64,000 nucleotides of DNA, taken from positions 29,746-93,745 of IMG/VR virus record IMGVR_UViG_3300046514_000858. One strand, written 5' to 3'. Of the stretch, positions 46,284 through 55,673 are shown in pieces; within the stretch, counting starts at the first letter, position 1; the number at the start of each line of letters is the position of its first letter. The translations under genes were made by a program, and so were the position numbers. The DNA is from a virus. Below the pieces are notes generated by a model. It was not told the DNA's origin and made no database searches. It worked only from the letters and a program-made list of their open reading frames with translations.

Positions 46284-46862
46284 ATGAACCGCTTCGCCCG
46301 CGTCCTGCCTCTTCTCGCTCTCCTGTGCCTGTTCGCCCTGTCCCTCACGGGATGCGGCCTGCTGGATACCTTCTTCCTCGGGGATCCGACCGATCCGACC
46401 TCGGTCTCGAATCCGCCCGCGAAGCAGTTCGCGGACGCGATCAGCGTTCTTATCCCGGTATGGGGTCCCATCTCCGCCACGGCCCTGACCGGATTCGGCT
46501 GGCTCTATGCTCACCTGCGCGGCAAGAAGCGCGAGTCGGCGTTCCCGGCGCTGGTCCTCGACATCATCAACGCGGTGATGGCGGCCAAGGGCGGCACGTT
46601 GAACTACGATCTCCTCTACACGACCCTCAAGGATGCGACCACTCTGTTCGCCAACAAGGACAAGTTCGTCAAGCTGGTGGACGATGTGCAGGCGTCGCTG
46701 AAGCAGGTACTCGCTGATGGGTTCCAGCCGGAAGACATCGGGAAGGTCGTCGACGCCGTCAAGGCCGACTTCGTTGACGTCGCGGCCATTCCCAGCGCAC
46801 CTGCTGCGCCCGTCGCCCCCGCCGCCCCCGCCCCGGAAGCCCCGGCAGCGCCGAGCGCCTAA
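46284..46862 (+). CDS. lipoprotein with TM segment (holin/spanin-like candidate)
   Basis: Lipobox LSLTGC; second hydrophobic helix; Pro/Ala tail. Confidence 0.6.
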   Translation: MNRFARVLPLLALLCLFALSLTGCGLLDTFFLGDPTDPTSVSNPPAKQFADAISVLIPVWGPISATALTGFGWLYAHLRGKKRESAFPALVLDIINAVMAAKGGTLNYDLLYTTLKDATTLFANKDKFVKLVDDVQASLKQVLADGFQPEDIGKVVDAVKADFVDVAAIPSAPAAPVAPAAPAPEAPAAPSA

Positions 46863-47322
46863 GCTCGGCCCCGGCGGCTGGCGCTTCAAAGAGAAGCGCG
46901 AGAACGCCGAATACTGGCTCTGTTCCGAAGGGACGATCTTCTGCGGTGGAGAATACCGTCCGGGACTGGGCCTGTGCACCAACTGCCGCACGCGCCGCTA
47001 CCATCAGAAAAAAGGGAAGGACACGCGCCGCAATGTCTGGACGTTCATCCGGTATCACGATCAGAGCGGCGCGCGGTCCGGCGGTGGTGGCCACCTCTTC
47101 ATCCGGTACTCTCCTGCCCTATTCCAAAACAAGAAGCGTCGCAATCTCTCGTACGCGCGCGTTCTTTATGAAAGGGTGATGAGGACAACATTGTCACCCG
47201 ATCAAGTGGTCGTTTATCTGGGGGCTGGGTCAGTGCCAACGTTTGAAGAGCTCCATGTCGTGGGTCGTGACCAGACTCATGACGCTCAACTGACCAAAGT
47301 TCTCATGTACCGCGGATTCTAA
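46717..47322 (+). CDS. degenerate HNH-like protein (start uncertain)
   Basis: ARVLYE.VM...L...QVV.Y..G......L.V....H resembles an HNH core without catalytic H/N; CxxC. Confidence 0.4.
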   Translation: MGSSRKTSGRSSTPSRPTSLTSRPFPAHLLRPSPPPPPPRKPRQRRAPKLGPGGWRFKEKRENAEYWLCSEGTIFCGGEYRPGLGLCTNCRTRRYHQKKGKDTRRNVWTFIRYHDQSGARSGGGGHLFIRYSPALFQNKKRRNLSYARVLYERVMRTTLSPDQVVVYLGAGSVPTFEELHVVGRDQTHDAQLTKVLMYRGF

Positions 47323-47332
47323 GGAGATCACC

Positions 47333-48232
47333 TTGAAGAGCCTGAAAGTTGAGCTGGAGCCCGCAAAGAACGGCTGGGCAGAGATCGACGTCACGTCGTG
47401 CCTCCACTTCGGTCATGCCTGCCATCTTCGTGAGCAGACGCTCGCGCTCTTCGACGAGGTGATGCAGACCCCCGGGCGTTACCTGTGGTCGCTCGGCGAC
47501 AATCAGGACAACGGCACCAAGAACTCCCCCGGGGCAAGCGTGTACGAGAACACGCACAACCCCAAGCAGCAGCTCATCCTCTCGGCCGCCATGTACCGCC
47601 CGCTCGTGAAGGCGGACAAGGTCGTCATGTTCCAAGACTCGAACCACTCCGCCCGGATCATGAAGGACGTCGGCTTCATCACGTCGGAAGACGCGATGTA
47701 CCGTCTCCTGACCGGCGACGCGCTGTCGAAGCGCGACTGGAAGGTCGTGGAGAAGTACGCCATCGGCGGCTTCGCCGGGCGCGACAAGGCGCAGGCCGAG
47801 AAGTGGATCGTCGACCTCGCCGCCGACTGCCCGGACGTGCGCACTCGGAAGCCTCTCTGGGGCGGCTGGCAGGCCATCACCGAGGTCAAGGTCGGATCCC
47901 AGACGTACACCGTCCACTCCATGCACGGCGAGGGCGCGGGCACCGCGTCGGCGTCGGCGCTGCAGGCCGTCATGAAGCAGCAGGAGATCGCCCACGCCGA
48001 CCTATTCCTCCGCGGCCACCACCACAAGCGCGTGCTGGCCGATGCGGACTACGCGCACTTCACCTCGCACGGGCAGGACGCGGAGATGCGCCGGATCGGA
48101 TACCTGACCACGGGCTGCATGCTCGGCTACCACAACTCGTACGGCGAGGCCAAGGGCTACCGTCCGACGTCGCCCGGCATGGCCCGCCTCCACCTGAACG
48201 CCAAGGAGCACCGTTTCCGTCTGTCAATGTAA
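47333..48232 (+). CDS. calcineurin-like metallophosphoesterase
   Basis: S.LH.GH, LGD..D, NH, HG.G, GHHH, TGC.L.Y...Y.E.KG. Confidence 0.8.
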   Translation: MKSLKVELEPAKNGWAEIDVTSCLHFGHACHLREQTLALFDEVMQTPGRYLWSLGDNQDNGTKNSPGASVYENTHNPKQQLILSAAMYRPLVKADKVVMFQDSNHSARIMKDVGFITSEDAMYRLLTGDALSKRDWKVVEKYAIGGFAGRDKAQAEKWIVDLAADCPDVRTRKPLWGGWQAITEVKVGSQTYTVHSMHGEGAGTASASALQAVMKQQEIAHADLFLRGHHHKRVLADADYAHFTSHGQDAEMRRIGYLTTGCMLGYHNSYGEAKGYRPTSPGMARLHLNAKEHRFRLSM

Positions 48233-48342
48233 TCCCCGGCGGATCGGGGTGTGATCGACTTGTGCCTGCTTATTCCGGGCGCTCGCCGTGAGGCCCAGAA
48301 GCCGCCACCCTGATCCGTCGATTATCAACGCTTGAGGAATCT

Positions 48343-48909
48343 ATGAGCCGCGAAACCATGAAGCCCTGTAAGTCCTGCGGGTCCACCTGCGATGGACAGT
48401 TCAGCGCCTTCTGCTCCACCAAGTGCAAGACCGGCCAGCAGGCCGTCGAGCAGCTCGGCACCCAGCTCATCAACCTGAAGCCCGCCGCCGTGAAGCACAT
48501 CTACTTCTACGACTTCGCGTTCGGCGACCTCTGCGATCTGTTCACGACGTACCTGATCAAGCATCTGAACGCCTCCGACCTGACGAAGCAGCGGGTCATC
48601 CTGCGCGCGCTGGAACGCGTCGAGCGGGCGATCACGACCAAGCTGGACAAGTGGAATCCCGCCCCCGCGATCCGCAAGACGATCAAGGACGAGATCGAGG
48701 CGCTGTACCACGCCAACATGCTGATCTGGCGGTGGAAGGATGAGCACTTCACTCATGGCCCGGAGTATCGCCTCCAGACTCCCACCGACGAAACGTGGGC
48801 CGACTTCGTGGACGCCTACGCCCTGCGTGACGCCGCGCGCCGTCAGCTCGACCGTCTCGTCGAAGGTTTCACCATGACGGACAAAACCTATGATCAGCCC
48901 CGATCCTAA
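48343..48909 (+). CDS. hypothetical protein with N-terminal Zn-finger
   Basis: CKSCG...FCS.KC; helical C-terminus. Confidence 0.6.
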   Translation: MSRETMKPCKSCGSTCDGQFSAFCSTKCKTGQQAVEQLGTQLINLKPAAVKHIYFYDFAFGDLCDLFTTYLIKHLNASDLTKQRVILRALERVERAITTKLDKWNPAPAIRKTIKDEIEALYHANMLIWRWKDEHFTHGPEYRLQTPTDETWADFVDAYALRDAARRQLDRLVEGFTMTDKTYDQPRS

Positions 48910-49849
48910 GAGAGTCCTCGTCACTGGGGGCTACGGATTCGTCGGCCGCAACCTTCTTGGCTACCTGAAGCAGAACCATCCTGAAGTCAACGCCATGTAC
49001 TTCAGCTCCAAGAAGTACGACCTGACGGATCTCGCCGAGACGCGCGCCCTCTTCAAATTCTCCAAGCCCGACGCCGTCATCCATCTCGCGGCGACGTGCG
49101 GCGGGATCTTCGCCAACATGATGAACCCGGCGACGTTCTGGGGAGAGAATCTACGCATGGGCCAGAACATCCTCGACGCGTCGGTCGAGTTCGGTGTCCA
49201 GAAGCTGGTCATGATGGGCTCGGTCTGCAGCTATCCCAAGGAGCCCGCCACGATGCCATTCGCCGAGGACCAGCTCTGCATGGGCTGGCCCGAGATCACC
49301 AACCGGCCGTACGGGATTGCCAAGCTGGCGCTGCTGGAAGGCTGCCGCGCGTACAACGCCCAGCACAACCTCCAGTACACCTACCTTATCCCGACGAACA
49401 TGTACGGCCCGGCCGACAACTTCGAGCTGGAGTCGAGCCATGTCATCCCGGCGATGATGCGCAAGTTCCACGAGGCCGTGGCCTTGAAACGGAGCGAGGT
49501 GGTGCTCTGGGGCGACGGCACCCCCTCCCGGGACTTCCTGTACGTCCACGACTGCGCCCGGGCGATCTACAAGGCGCTGGACACGGACACCGGCACCCAG
49601 CCCCTCAATCTGGGCAGCGGGCAGGAGACCACCATGACCGGCCTCGTCCAGATGCTGCGGTCCGTGACCGGCTTCGAGGGCGACGTGGTCTGGAACCTCG
49701 ACCGCCCAAACGGACAGCCCCGGCGGTTCATCGACTACCGGGAGGCCCAGCGGGTCATGCACTGGACGCCCCTGACCACCACTTTCGAGGGGATCCAGAA
49801 GACCTACGCGTGGTACCGCAAAAACGGTGCCATGACCCTCCCGAACTAA
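48890..49849 (+). CDS. fcl: GDP-L-fucose synthase family epimerase/reductase
   Basis: VTGG.GFVG, IHLAA..GGI.AN, GSVCSYPK, YGIAK, N.YGP.DNF....SHVIPA, WGDG.P.RDFLYV.D, PNGQPRR. Confidence 0.93.
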   Translation: MISPDPKRVLVTGGYGFVGRNLLGYLKQNHPEVNAMYFSSKKYDLTDLAETRALFKFSKPDAVIHLAATCGGIFANMMNPATFWGENLRMGQNILDASVEFGVQKLVMMGSVCSYPKEPATMPFAEDQLCMGWPEITNRPYGIAKLALLEGCRAYNAQHNLQYTYLIPTNMYGPADNFELESSHVIPAMMRKFHEAVALKRSEVVLWGDGTPSRDFLYVHDCARAIYKALDTDTGTQPLNLGSGQETTMTGLVQMLRSVTGFEGDVVWNLDRPNGQPRRFIDYREAQRVMHWTPLTTTFEGIQKTYAWYRKNGAMTLPN

Positions 49850-49973
49850 GCCGGACGGGCGTTCTTACATGGCAAGGCCCTTCCGGCTGCGCCAGAGGCC
49901 CGCTGTGGGCCCGTACGGACGAGGGATGACCTAGAACACCAACCTGACCCGTTTGACGCGCTGGAGGGCATCT

Positions 49974-51479
49974 GTGAAGGCCGTAGTGAAGCCTGTCTGG
50001 ACGTACCTGCAAGATGTCTCCCTTTTGGAGCAGGACCGGCTGGACAAGGCTTTTGCCATCCCCATCCCCGGGGTGATGTTCCAGCCCCGCATGCGCAGAA
50101 TGATCCAGCAGAAGCTCTGGGACGGCTGCTTCCACTTCTACGACAAGAAGCAGGCCCGGATCCAGTCCGGCCTCCTCCAGAAGCTCCGGCAGGCGTTCCC
50201 GCAGGTCGTGGTGGAAAACCACTGCCTCGACAACCACCTCCAGCAGTGGGCCGACGCCAAGGTGGCGGCGCGCACCGTCGAGATCAACGGCATCACCTTC
50301 TCGACCGACCAGCGCAACAGCATCATCTCCGCCGTCGAGAACGTCCGGGGCATTCAGAAGCTGGCCACCAACGCGGGCAAGACCGAGGTCGGGGCCGGAC
50401 TGATCAAGGCGCTGCAGCTCAAGGCTCTCTGGGTGATCCACCTGAAGGGTCTCCTCCACCAGACGGCCGAGCGGCTGGAGCTCCGCCTCGGCATGCCGGT
50501 CGGTCGGATCGGGGACGGCATCGACAAGCCGCAGGCGTTGGTCGACGTCGCCATGATGCAGTCCATCCGCCCCAAGACGAAGGCGGGACGCGAGCGGCTG
50601 GCCCAGTACGACGTGATCCTGTTCGACGAGGCGCACCACCTCTGCAGCGACACCCAGCAGAGCATCGCCAAGGCGTGCGTCAATGCCCCCTTCCGGTACG
50701 CGTTCGGTGGATCCTTCCCGAAGGAGGACATCAAGCGCCTCAAGATCATGGCCGCGACCGATGCCACCGTCCTCTACGATCTAACCAACAAGGACCTGAT
50801 CGCCAGCGGCTGGAGCGCGAGCCCGACCGTCCACATCCAGACGATCCAGCACAAAGACTTCGACGACAAGAAGTACCTGATCGAGCAGGAGATCCCGGCC
50901 GACATGGACGGAGATCCGGAGGATGAGGAGGCGGAGACCGATACGATCCGCCGGGTGCTCTACCACAAGGTGGATGAGGATCTGATTTCCAACAACCCCA
51001 AGGTCGACGAGGTCGTGCTGACCGAGATCGAGAAGTATTTCATGAAGGGCATGACAACACTGGTGCTGGTCGACCGGCTCGCGCACGGGGAGCGACTTGG
51101 CCGGAAGCTGGGCGGCAAGGGCATCAACTACGAGTTCCTGAACGGATCGCACAACAGCGCCTTCCGGGAAGCCAAGCTGCGGGAGTTCAAGAAAGGTACC
51201 CTGCCCGTCATCATCGCCACCAGCATCCTCGACGAGGGCATCGATGTCCCCCGCGTGCAGTGCGTCGTACTCGCGGGCGGCGGCAAGTCGAGCGTGAAGC
51301 TCCTGCAGCGGCTCGGCCGCGCGCTGCGTCGGAAGCAGGGCATCGGCGAGAACGTCGCCCACATCGTCGACTTTTTCCACTTCGGATCTAAGTATTCCTC
51401 CAAGCACGCGCGCGAGCGGGAGAAGGTCTACAAGTCCGAAGAGTTCGAGATCGTTCGAGAAGGGACAACCACTCTGTGA
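49974..51479 (+). CDS. superfamily 2 helicase (UvsW-like)
   Basis: ATNAGKT, DEAHH, ATSILDEGID.P, QRLGRALR. Confidence 0.9.
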   Translation: MKAVVKPVWTYLQDVSLLEQDRLDKAFAIPIPGVMFQPRMRRMIQQKLWDGCFHFYDKKQARIQSGLLQKLRQAFPQVVVENHCLDNHLQQWADAKVAARTVEINGITFSTDQRNSIISAVENVRGIQKLATNAGKTEVGAGLIKALQLKALWVIHLKGLLHQTAERLELRLGMPVGRIGDGIDKPQALVDVAMMQSIRPKTKAGRERLAQYDVILFDEAHHLCSDTQQSIAKACVNAPFRYAFGGSFPKEDIKRLKIMAATDATVLYDLTNKDLIASGWSASPTVHIQTIQHKDFDDKKYLIEQEIPADMDGDPEDEEAETDTIRRVLYHKVDEDLISNNPKVDEVVLTEIEKYFMKGMTTLVLVDRLAHGERLGRKLGGKGINYEFLNGSHNSAFREAKLREFKKGTLPVIIATSILDEGIDVPRVQCVVLAGGGKSSVKLLQRLGRALRRKQGIGENVAHIVDFFHFGSKYSSKHAREREKVYKSEEFEIVREGTTTL

Positions 51480-52807
51480 TGAAAACCCCATTTACCGTCG
51501 AGTTCGAGCAGGCCGTGCTGGTCTGTCTCGTGCAGGATCAGAAGTTCATGCGCGAGGCTCTGTCGGTTCTCAGGCCGGAGTATTTCGTCGAGGCCCTACA
51601 CGCGTCCGCCTGCGCCTGTATCTCCTCGGCCTACGTCAAGACCAAGCTGCCGCCCAGCAAGGTAGGGCTGCTGTCAGGGCTCGTCGAGGCGGAGCGCCAG
51701 CGGCTGCGCTCGAAGAAGAACTCCGAGGAGGAGATTATCATCGAGCCGTGCCGGAAGCTGGTGGACGTTCTCTATGCTCCGCACAACGCCATGGCCGACG
51801 TCCAGCAGCGCTTCCTCGAATTCTGCCGCCAGCGCGAGATGGAGAACGTCATCCTCGAACAGCACGAGAAGCTGGAGAAGGGCGAGATCGGACCGGCCGA
51901 GGTCGCCGACGCCGTCCGCCGCACGCACCAGCGTCTGTCGTCGAAGTCTCAGGGCGGCAGCAACTTCTTCATGGACCTGATGAACCTGCCCGCGGAGATC
52001 ATGGAGCAGCGCGGCAAGATGTGGACGACCGGCTTCCCCGGCCTCGACGAGAAGATGGGCGGCGGCGTCAGCGCGGGCACGCTGGCCGTCGTGCTGGCCG
52101 GGCCCAAGGGCGGCAAGTCCACCGTCCTCCGCAACACGGGCTACAAGAACATGGCGCGCCAGAAGACCAAGGTCGTGCACTTCACCTGCGAGATCAGCGA
52201 GAAGAAGACCAAGAAGTGGTACGCCTCACGGATGAGCAGGATTCCGTACCACAAGCTGCACGAGCAGCCCGACCTGATGGTCCAGCGCTGCGCCGAGTTC
52301 TGGGAGAAGAACGAGTCCATGCTGATCGTCAAGGGCTACCCGGCGGCGACCGCAACCTGCGACGACTTCCGGTCGTACCTCTACTGGCTGGAGCTGGACC
52401 AGAACATCAAGGCCGATCTCGTCATCATCGACTACGGCGACGAGGTGCTGCCTATCGAGAAGAAGGGCGAGGTCCGTCACGACCTCGGGCAGGTCTACAA
52501 GGAGATGCGTGTCCTCGCCGACGAGTTCGCCGTGCCCGTGGTGACCGCGTCCCAGACCAACCGCGAGTCGCTCGACAAGCAGGTCATCACGATGAAGGAC
52601 ATCTCGGAGTCGATCCAGAAGGTGCAGGTCGCCGATCACATCTTCTCGGTGTGCATGACCGACGAGGAGCGCAAGCAGGGCAAGGGTCGCCTGTTCTTCG
52701 CCGGATCCCGCGAGGCCGAGACCGGCGGGCAGATCAACATCGTCCACGACTTCGGGACCAGCTTCATGGAGCAGGCCCGGGACCAGCTCATTATCACCCA
52801 CAACTGA
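51479..52807 (+). CDS. dnaB: DnaB-like replicative helicase
   Basis: TG...LD...GG, GPKGGKST, F.CE, IIDY.D, TASQ.NR. Confidence 0.9.
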   Translation: MKTPFTVEFEQAVLVCLVQDQKFMREALSVLRPEYFVEALHASACACISSAYVKTKLPPSKVGLLSGLVEAERQRLRSKKNSEEEIIIEPCRKLVDVLYAPHNAMADVQQRFLEFCRQREMENVILEQHEKLEKGEIGPAEVADAVRRTHQRLSSKSQGGSNFFMDLMNLPAEIMEQRGKMWTTGFPGLDEKMGGGVSAGTLAVVLAGPKGGKSTVLRNTGYKNMARQKTKVVHFTCEISEKKTKKWYASRMSRIPYHKLHEQPDLMVQRCAEFWEKNESMLIVKGYPAATATCDDFRSYLYWLELDQNIKADLVIIDYGDEVLPIEKKGEVRHDLGQVYKEMRVLADEFAVPVVTASQTNRESLDKQVITMKDISESIQKVQVADHIFSVCMTDEERKQGKGRLFFAGSREAETGGQINIVHDFGTSFMEQARDQLIITHN

Positions 52808-53742
52808 TGAGCTCCATTCTCGACGTCTTGGATCGCAACGGAGTGACCGCCCGGCCGACCGGCAAAGCGTCGGAGTACGTCGTCACTTGTCCTGTATGTG
52901 CCAAGCCCAAGTTGTACGTCAACGTGGAGAAGAAGGTCTGGGTCTGCTACGTCTGCGGAGATGGCGGCTACGCATCGAAGCTCTTCAAGCTCTTCGGCAT
53001 CAAGCACCGCGAAGCCTTCAAGCCGGACCTCGACACGCTTCGCCAGCGGGCGCACGACAAGATGGCCGCCAAGCATGGGGTCGTCGAGGCGGTGGAGGAG
53101 ATCCATCCGCTGCCCGACGAGTTCAAGCCCATCATCCCGGGGTTCGCCGCCATGGGCATCGTCGGCACCACGATCTACGAGTACCTCCTTCGCCGCGGCA
53201 TGACGAACGAGCAGATCCTATCGTGGAAGGTGGGCTACTGCGCCGAGGGCCGGTACCGCGGCTGCTGCATCATCCCGGTCACCGACAAGTCCGGCGCGGT
53301 CGTGACCTTCCAAGGCCGCCGCGTCATGGGAGTCGGCCAGAAGAACGCCAACCCTCCGGGCGGTGGGGGCTTCCTGTTCAACACCGAGTTCGCGCAGGGA
53401 CACATGGGGATCGTGGTAGTCGAGGGTCCCTTCGACGCGGCATCGATCCACACGCGCCTCAGCAAGACGATGGGGATCTCCAGCATCGCTCTACTCCGGC
53501 ACAGTATCGCCGAGGAGGGCGCGGCCTACATCGCGAGGATTATCAAGCCCAAGATCGTCTGGGTCGGACTCGACCCGGACGTCGAGAACACGTACATGCA
53601 CAAAGTTGGGGGAGCGCTTCGGGCGAACGGGTGCCCGGAGGTCTTTGTCGCGCTCTTCCCGCAGGACCCCGATGAGCTACCGACTGATGCGCTGCTGGAC
53701 TGCCTCGACAAGGCCAAGCCCGCGCGCCAACTGAGGAAATGA
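52807..53742 (+). CDS. DNA primase (Zn finger plus TOPRIM)
   Basis: CPVC...CYVC, YL..RG, IIP, FQGR, VVEGPFDA, LDPD, DP.E. Confidence 0.88.
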   Translation: MSSILDVLDRNGVTARPTGKASEYVVTCPVCAKPKLYVNVEKKVWVCYVCGDGGYASKLFKLFGIKHREAFKPDLDTLRQRAHDKMAAKHGVVEAVEEIHPLPDEFKPIIPGFAAMGIVGTTIYEYLLRRGMTNEQILSWKVGYCAEGRYRGCCIIPVTDKSGAVVTFQGRRVMGVGQKNANPPGGGGFLFNTEFAQGHMGIVVVEGPFDAASIHTRLSKTMGISSIALLRHSIAEEGAAYIARIIKPKIVWVGLDPDVENTYMHKVGGALRANGCPEVFVALFPQDPDELPTDALLDCLDKAKPARQLRK

Positions 53743-54557
53743 TGAGCGACAAGAAGATTGTGGAAGTGATCGGCCTCGGCGAGATCGGCGGCGCAGTATT
53801 CGGCGAGCTCCTGAACGGTCTCAACAAATTCGACCTGATCGGCGTGGACGTCAACCCGGCCAAGTTCGACACCACGCTCGGCGGAGTGGCCTACTACACC
53901 GAGCCCGTCCCGGCCGACGTGTACATCATCTCGGTCTGGACGATGGACCAGCTCATGAAGGTGATCGATCAAGTCGGGCCGGACGCGCAGAAGCGCAATG
54001 CGCTGGTCGTGATCGAGAGCACCATCGAGATCGCTCGCCTCGACGAGATCGCCGACAAGATGCAGTACTACGGACTTCTGGACTGCCTCGTCACCATGCC
54101 GCATCGCTGGAATCCGGGCGATCCCCACCACGGCGTGTTCAACCAGAACCGTGTGCTAGGCACATTCACGACAGCGGCGGCGACGAAGGCTATCAACTTC
54201 TACACCCACTTCATGCCGATCACCAACATCCATGTCACGGACTTCTGGACCGCGGCGGCGTCGAAGGTGGCGGAGAACGCATGGCGGGCGCTGGAGATTA
54301 TCATGTCGCAGGAACTCCTGCTGTCGTGCGCCCGCAACGGCTACGACTTCGTCCGGCTGCGCAAGGCGATGAACACCAAGTGGAACATCGACGTCAAGGA
54401 GGCTCGGGACGGGGTGAAGGGCAAGTGCCTGCCGAAGGATCTCGCCTTCTTCTGCGATGCCTTCCCTGACCACACACTGGCGCGGATCTCCAAGCTCCTC
54501 AACGAGGACTACATTCAGAAGTGGAAGCCGAATGATTTGGGGTCTCCGCGTTCATGA
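53739..54557 (+). CDS. UDP-glucose/GDP-mannose dehydrogenase family protein lacking the C-terminal domain
   Basis: IGLGEIG, IEST, P.R..PG, K..EN, G..GKCLPKD. Confidence 0.8.
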   Translation: MMSDKKIVEVIGLGEIGGAVFGELLNGLNKFDLIGVDVNPAKFDTTLGGVAYYTEPVPADVYIISVWTMDQLMKVIDQVGPDAQKRNALVVIESTIEIARLDEIADKMQYYGLLDCLVTMPHRWNPGDPHHGVFNQNRVLGTFTTAAATKAINFYTHFMPITNIHVTDFWTAAASKVAENAWRALEIIMSQELLLSCARNGYDFVRLRKAMNTKWNIDVKEARDGVKGKCLPKDLAFFCDAFPDHTLARISKLLNEDYIQKWKPNDLGSPRS

Positions 54558-54600
54558 TGGTGTCCAAGAGATTGGACGACTGCTCTCTGAAAAGAAGATT

Positions 54601-54694
54601 GCTCCCGTAGTTCAACAGCTAGAACCGCGTCAAAGGTCGCTGCACAAAAACAGTGGACATGAAGCTAATGCAGGTTCAAATCCCGCCGGGGGCT
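54601..54694 (+). ncRNA. tRNA-like RNA with elongated anticodon arm
   Basis: GCTCCCG/CGGGGGC acceptor, GTTC/GAAC D-arm, GCAGG-TTCAAAT-CCCGC T-arm; ~39-nt hairpin in the anticodon position; no CCA. Confidence 0.65.
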
Positions 54695-54837
54695 CTTAGA
54701 AAAGCTGGGGCAGAACGGGTGCAACTCCCGGACCACAATGGACGTGAAAGCGTTCGTGGATGGTGTAACAGCAGCACTCCCCACACTCTAGATTTTACCC
54801 ATCCTGTGCTTGGGAGTGTGGCAGGCACAGGACTTAT

Positions 54838-54911
54838 CGGTGGGTCGTCTAAGATAGGACGCCGGGGTTCAGCTCCGGCAATGCAGGTCTCGATTCCTGC
54901 CCCATCGACCA
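54838..54911 (+). tRNA. atypical tRNA, anticodon TCA (UGA-reading)
   Basis: Full cloverleaf CGGTGGG/CCCATCG, GTCT/GGAC, CCGGG-GTTCAGC-TCCGG, GCAGG/CCTGC, ACCA; 8-nt T-loop, D-loop lacks GG. Confidence 0.7.
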
Positions 54912-55021
54912 ATATTTATACTTTCTGAGACCGGCCGCGTGTATGTCGGCCAAATCTTGGAGCGAGCGGTGCCCGACCGGCCATGCGACGCGGTAGCACT
55001 AACGGTCTCGCACAAACAATC

Positions 55022-55067
55022 AACCCCGGATCGGCTCGCGAGAGTCGCCCCGGGGTTCTTTGTTTTT
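55022..55067 (+). terminator. intrinsic terminator after the RNA cluster
   Basis: AACCCCGG/CCGGGGTT stem plus T tract. Confidence 0.75.
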
Positions 55068-55106
55068 CATGCTCGCCTCCGTCTCCATTGTCCAAGGGTA
55101 TAGCAC

Positions 55107-55253
55107 ATGAAACTGACAAAAGAAGAAGCTGCGAAAGAACTCAACAACTTACGACTTGCTGCTGACCCAACACCAAACAACGAACGACTGATCTCTTCAC
55201 TTGAACTAGCCATCAAAATTCTCACTCCATCTCCGAAGCGCAAGCGTTCTTAA
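55107..55253 (+). CDS. 48-aa peptide (MKLTKEEAAKELNNL...), not in ORF track
   Basis: ATG 10 nt after GTCCAAG (55090). Confidence 0.55.
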   Translation: MKLTKEEAAKELNNLRLAADPTPNNERLISSLELAIKILTPSPKRKRS

Positions 55254-55346
55254 AGACATCGGGGCATTAGGCTCATCGGACTCAGGTCCTCAACCGCCGT
55301 TCGCCCTACCACGACATTTTCACATTTCGTCACCGGTCTCTGAAAA

Positions 55347-55673
55347 TCTGGAAGTGGTGATAGGACCAAGCGCCGACCGAGGCAATAGCACTCGACCGCG
55401 CGGGGAGCCGGAGATCCTACGGAATAGGATCGCCTCAGTGGCCGACCGCCTGAACCTCAAGGTTCTGCCTAACGTGGAATACACCCGGATGCAATCCCGA
55501 GGTGCCACGGGGGACTCTGATCTATCTCGTAAAGCAAGGCCACATGGGGGCCGAGCGAGAGACGCGCAATACGTAGGGCCTGCGCGCGCGACAGCGTGAG
55601 ACTGAGACCGACGCCGATGACAGGGGATTGAGAATATCCCTAGAAGGCTACGTCCGAAATTTCCACTTCCAGA
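55347..55673 (+). ncRNA. putative ~330-nt structured RNA
   Basis: 11-bp closing stem TCTGGAAGTGG/CCACTTCCAGA with nested hairpins; no credible ORF; strand inferred. Confidence 0.55.

Noticed and set aside
54838-54911. tRNA-Sec / selenoprotein system
   Set aside because: Short variable arm, 7-bp acceptor stem, and no sel genes or convincing UGA-SECIS ORF
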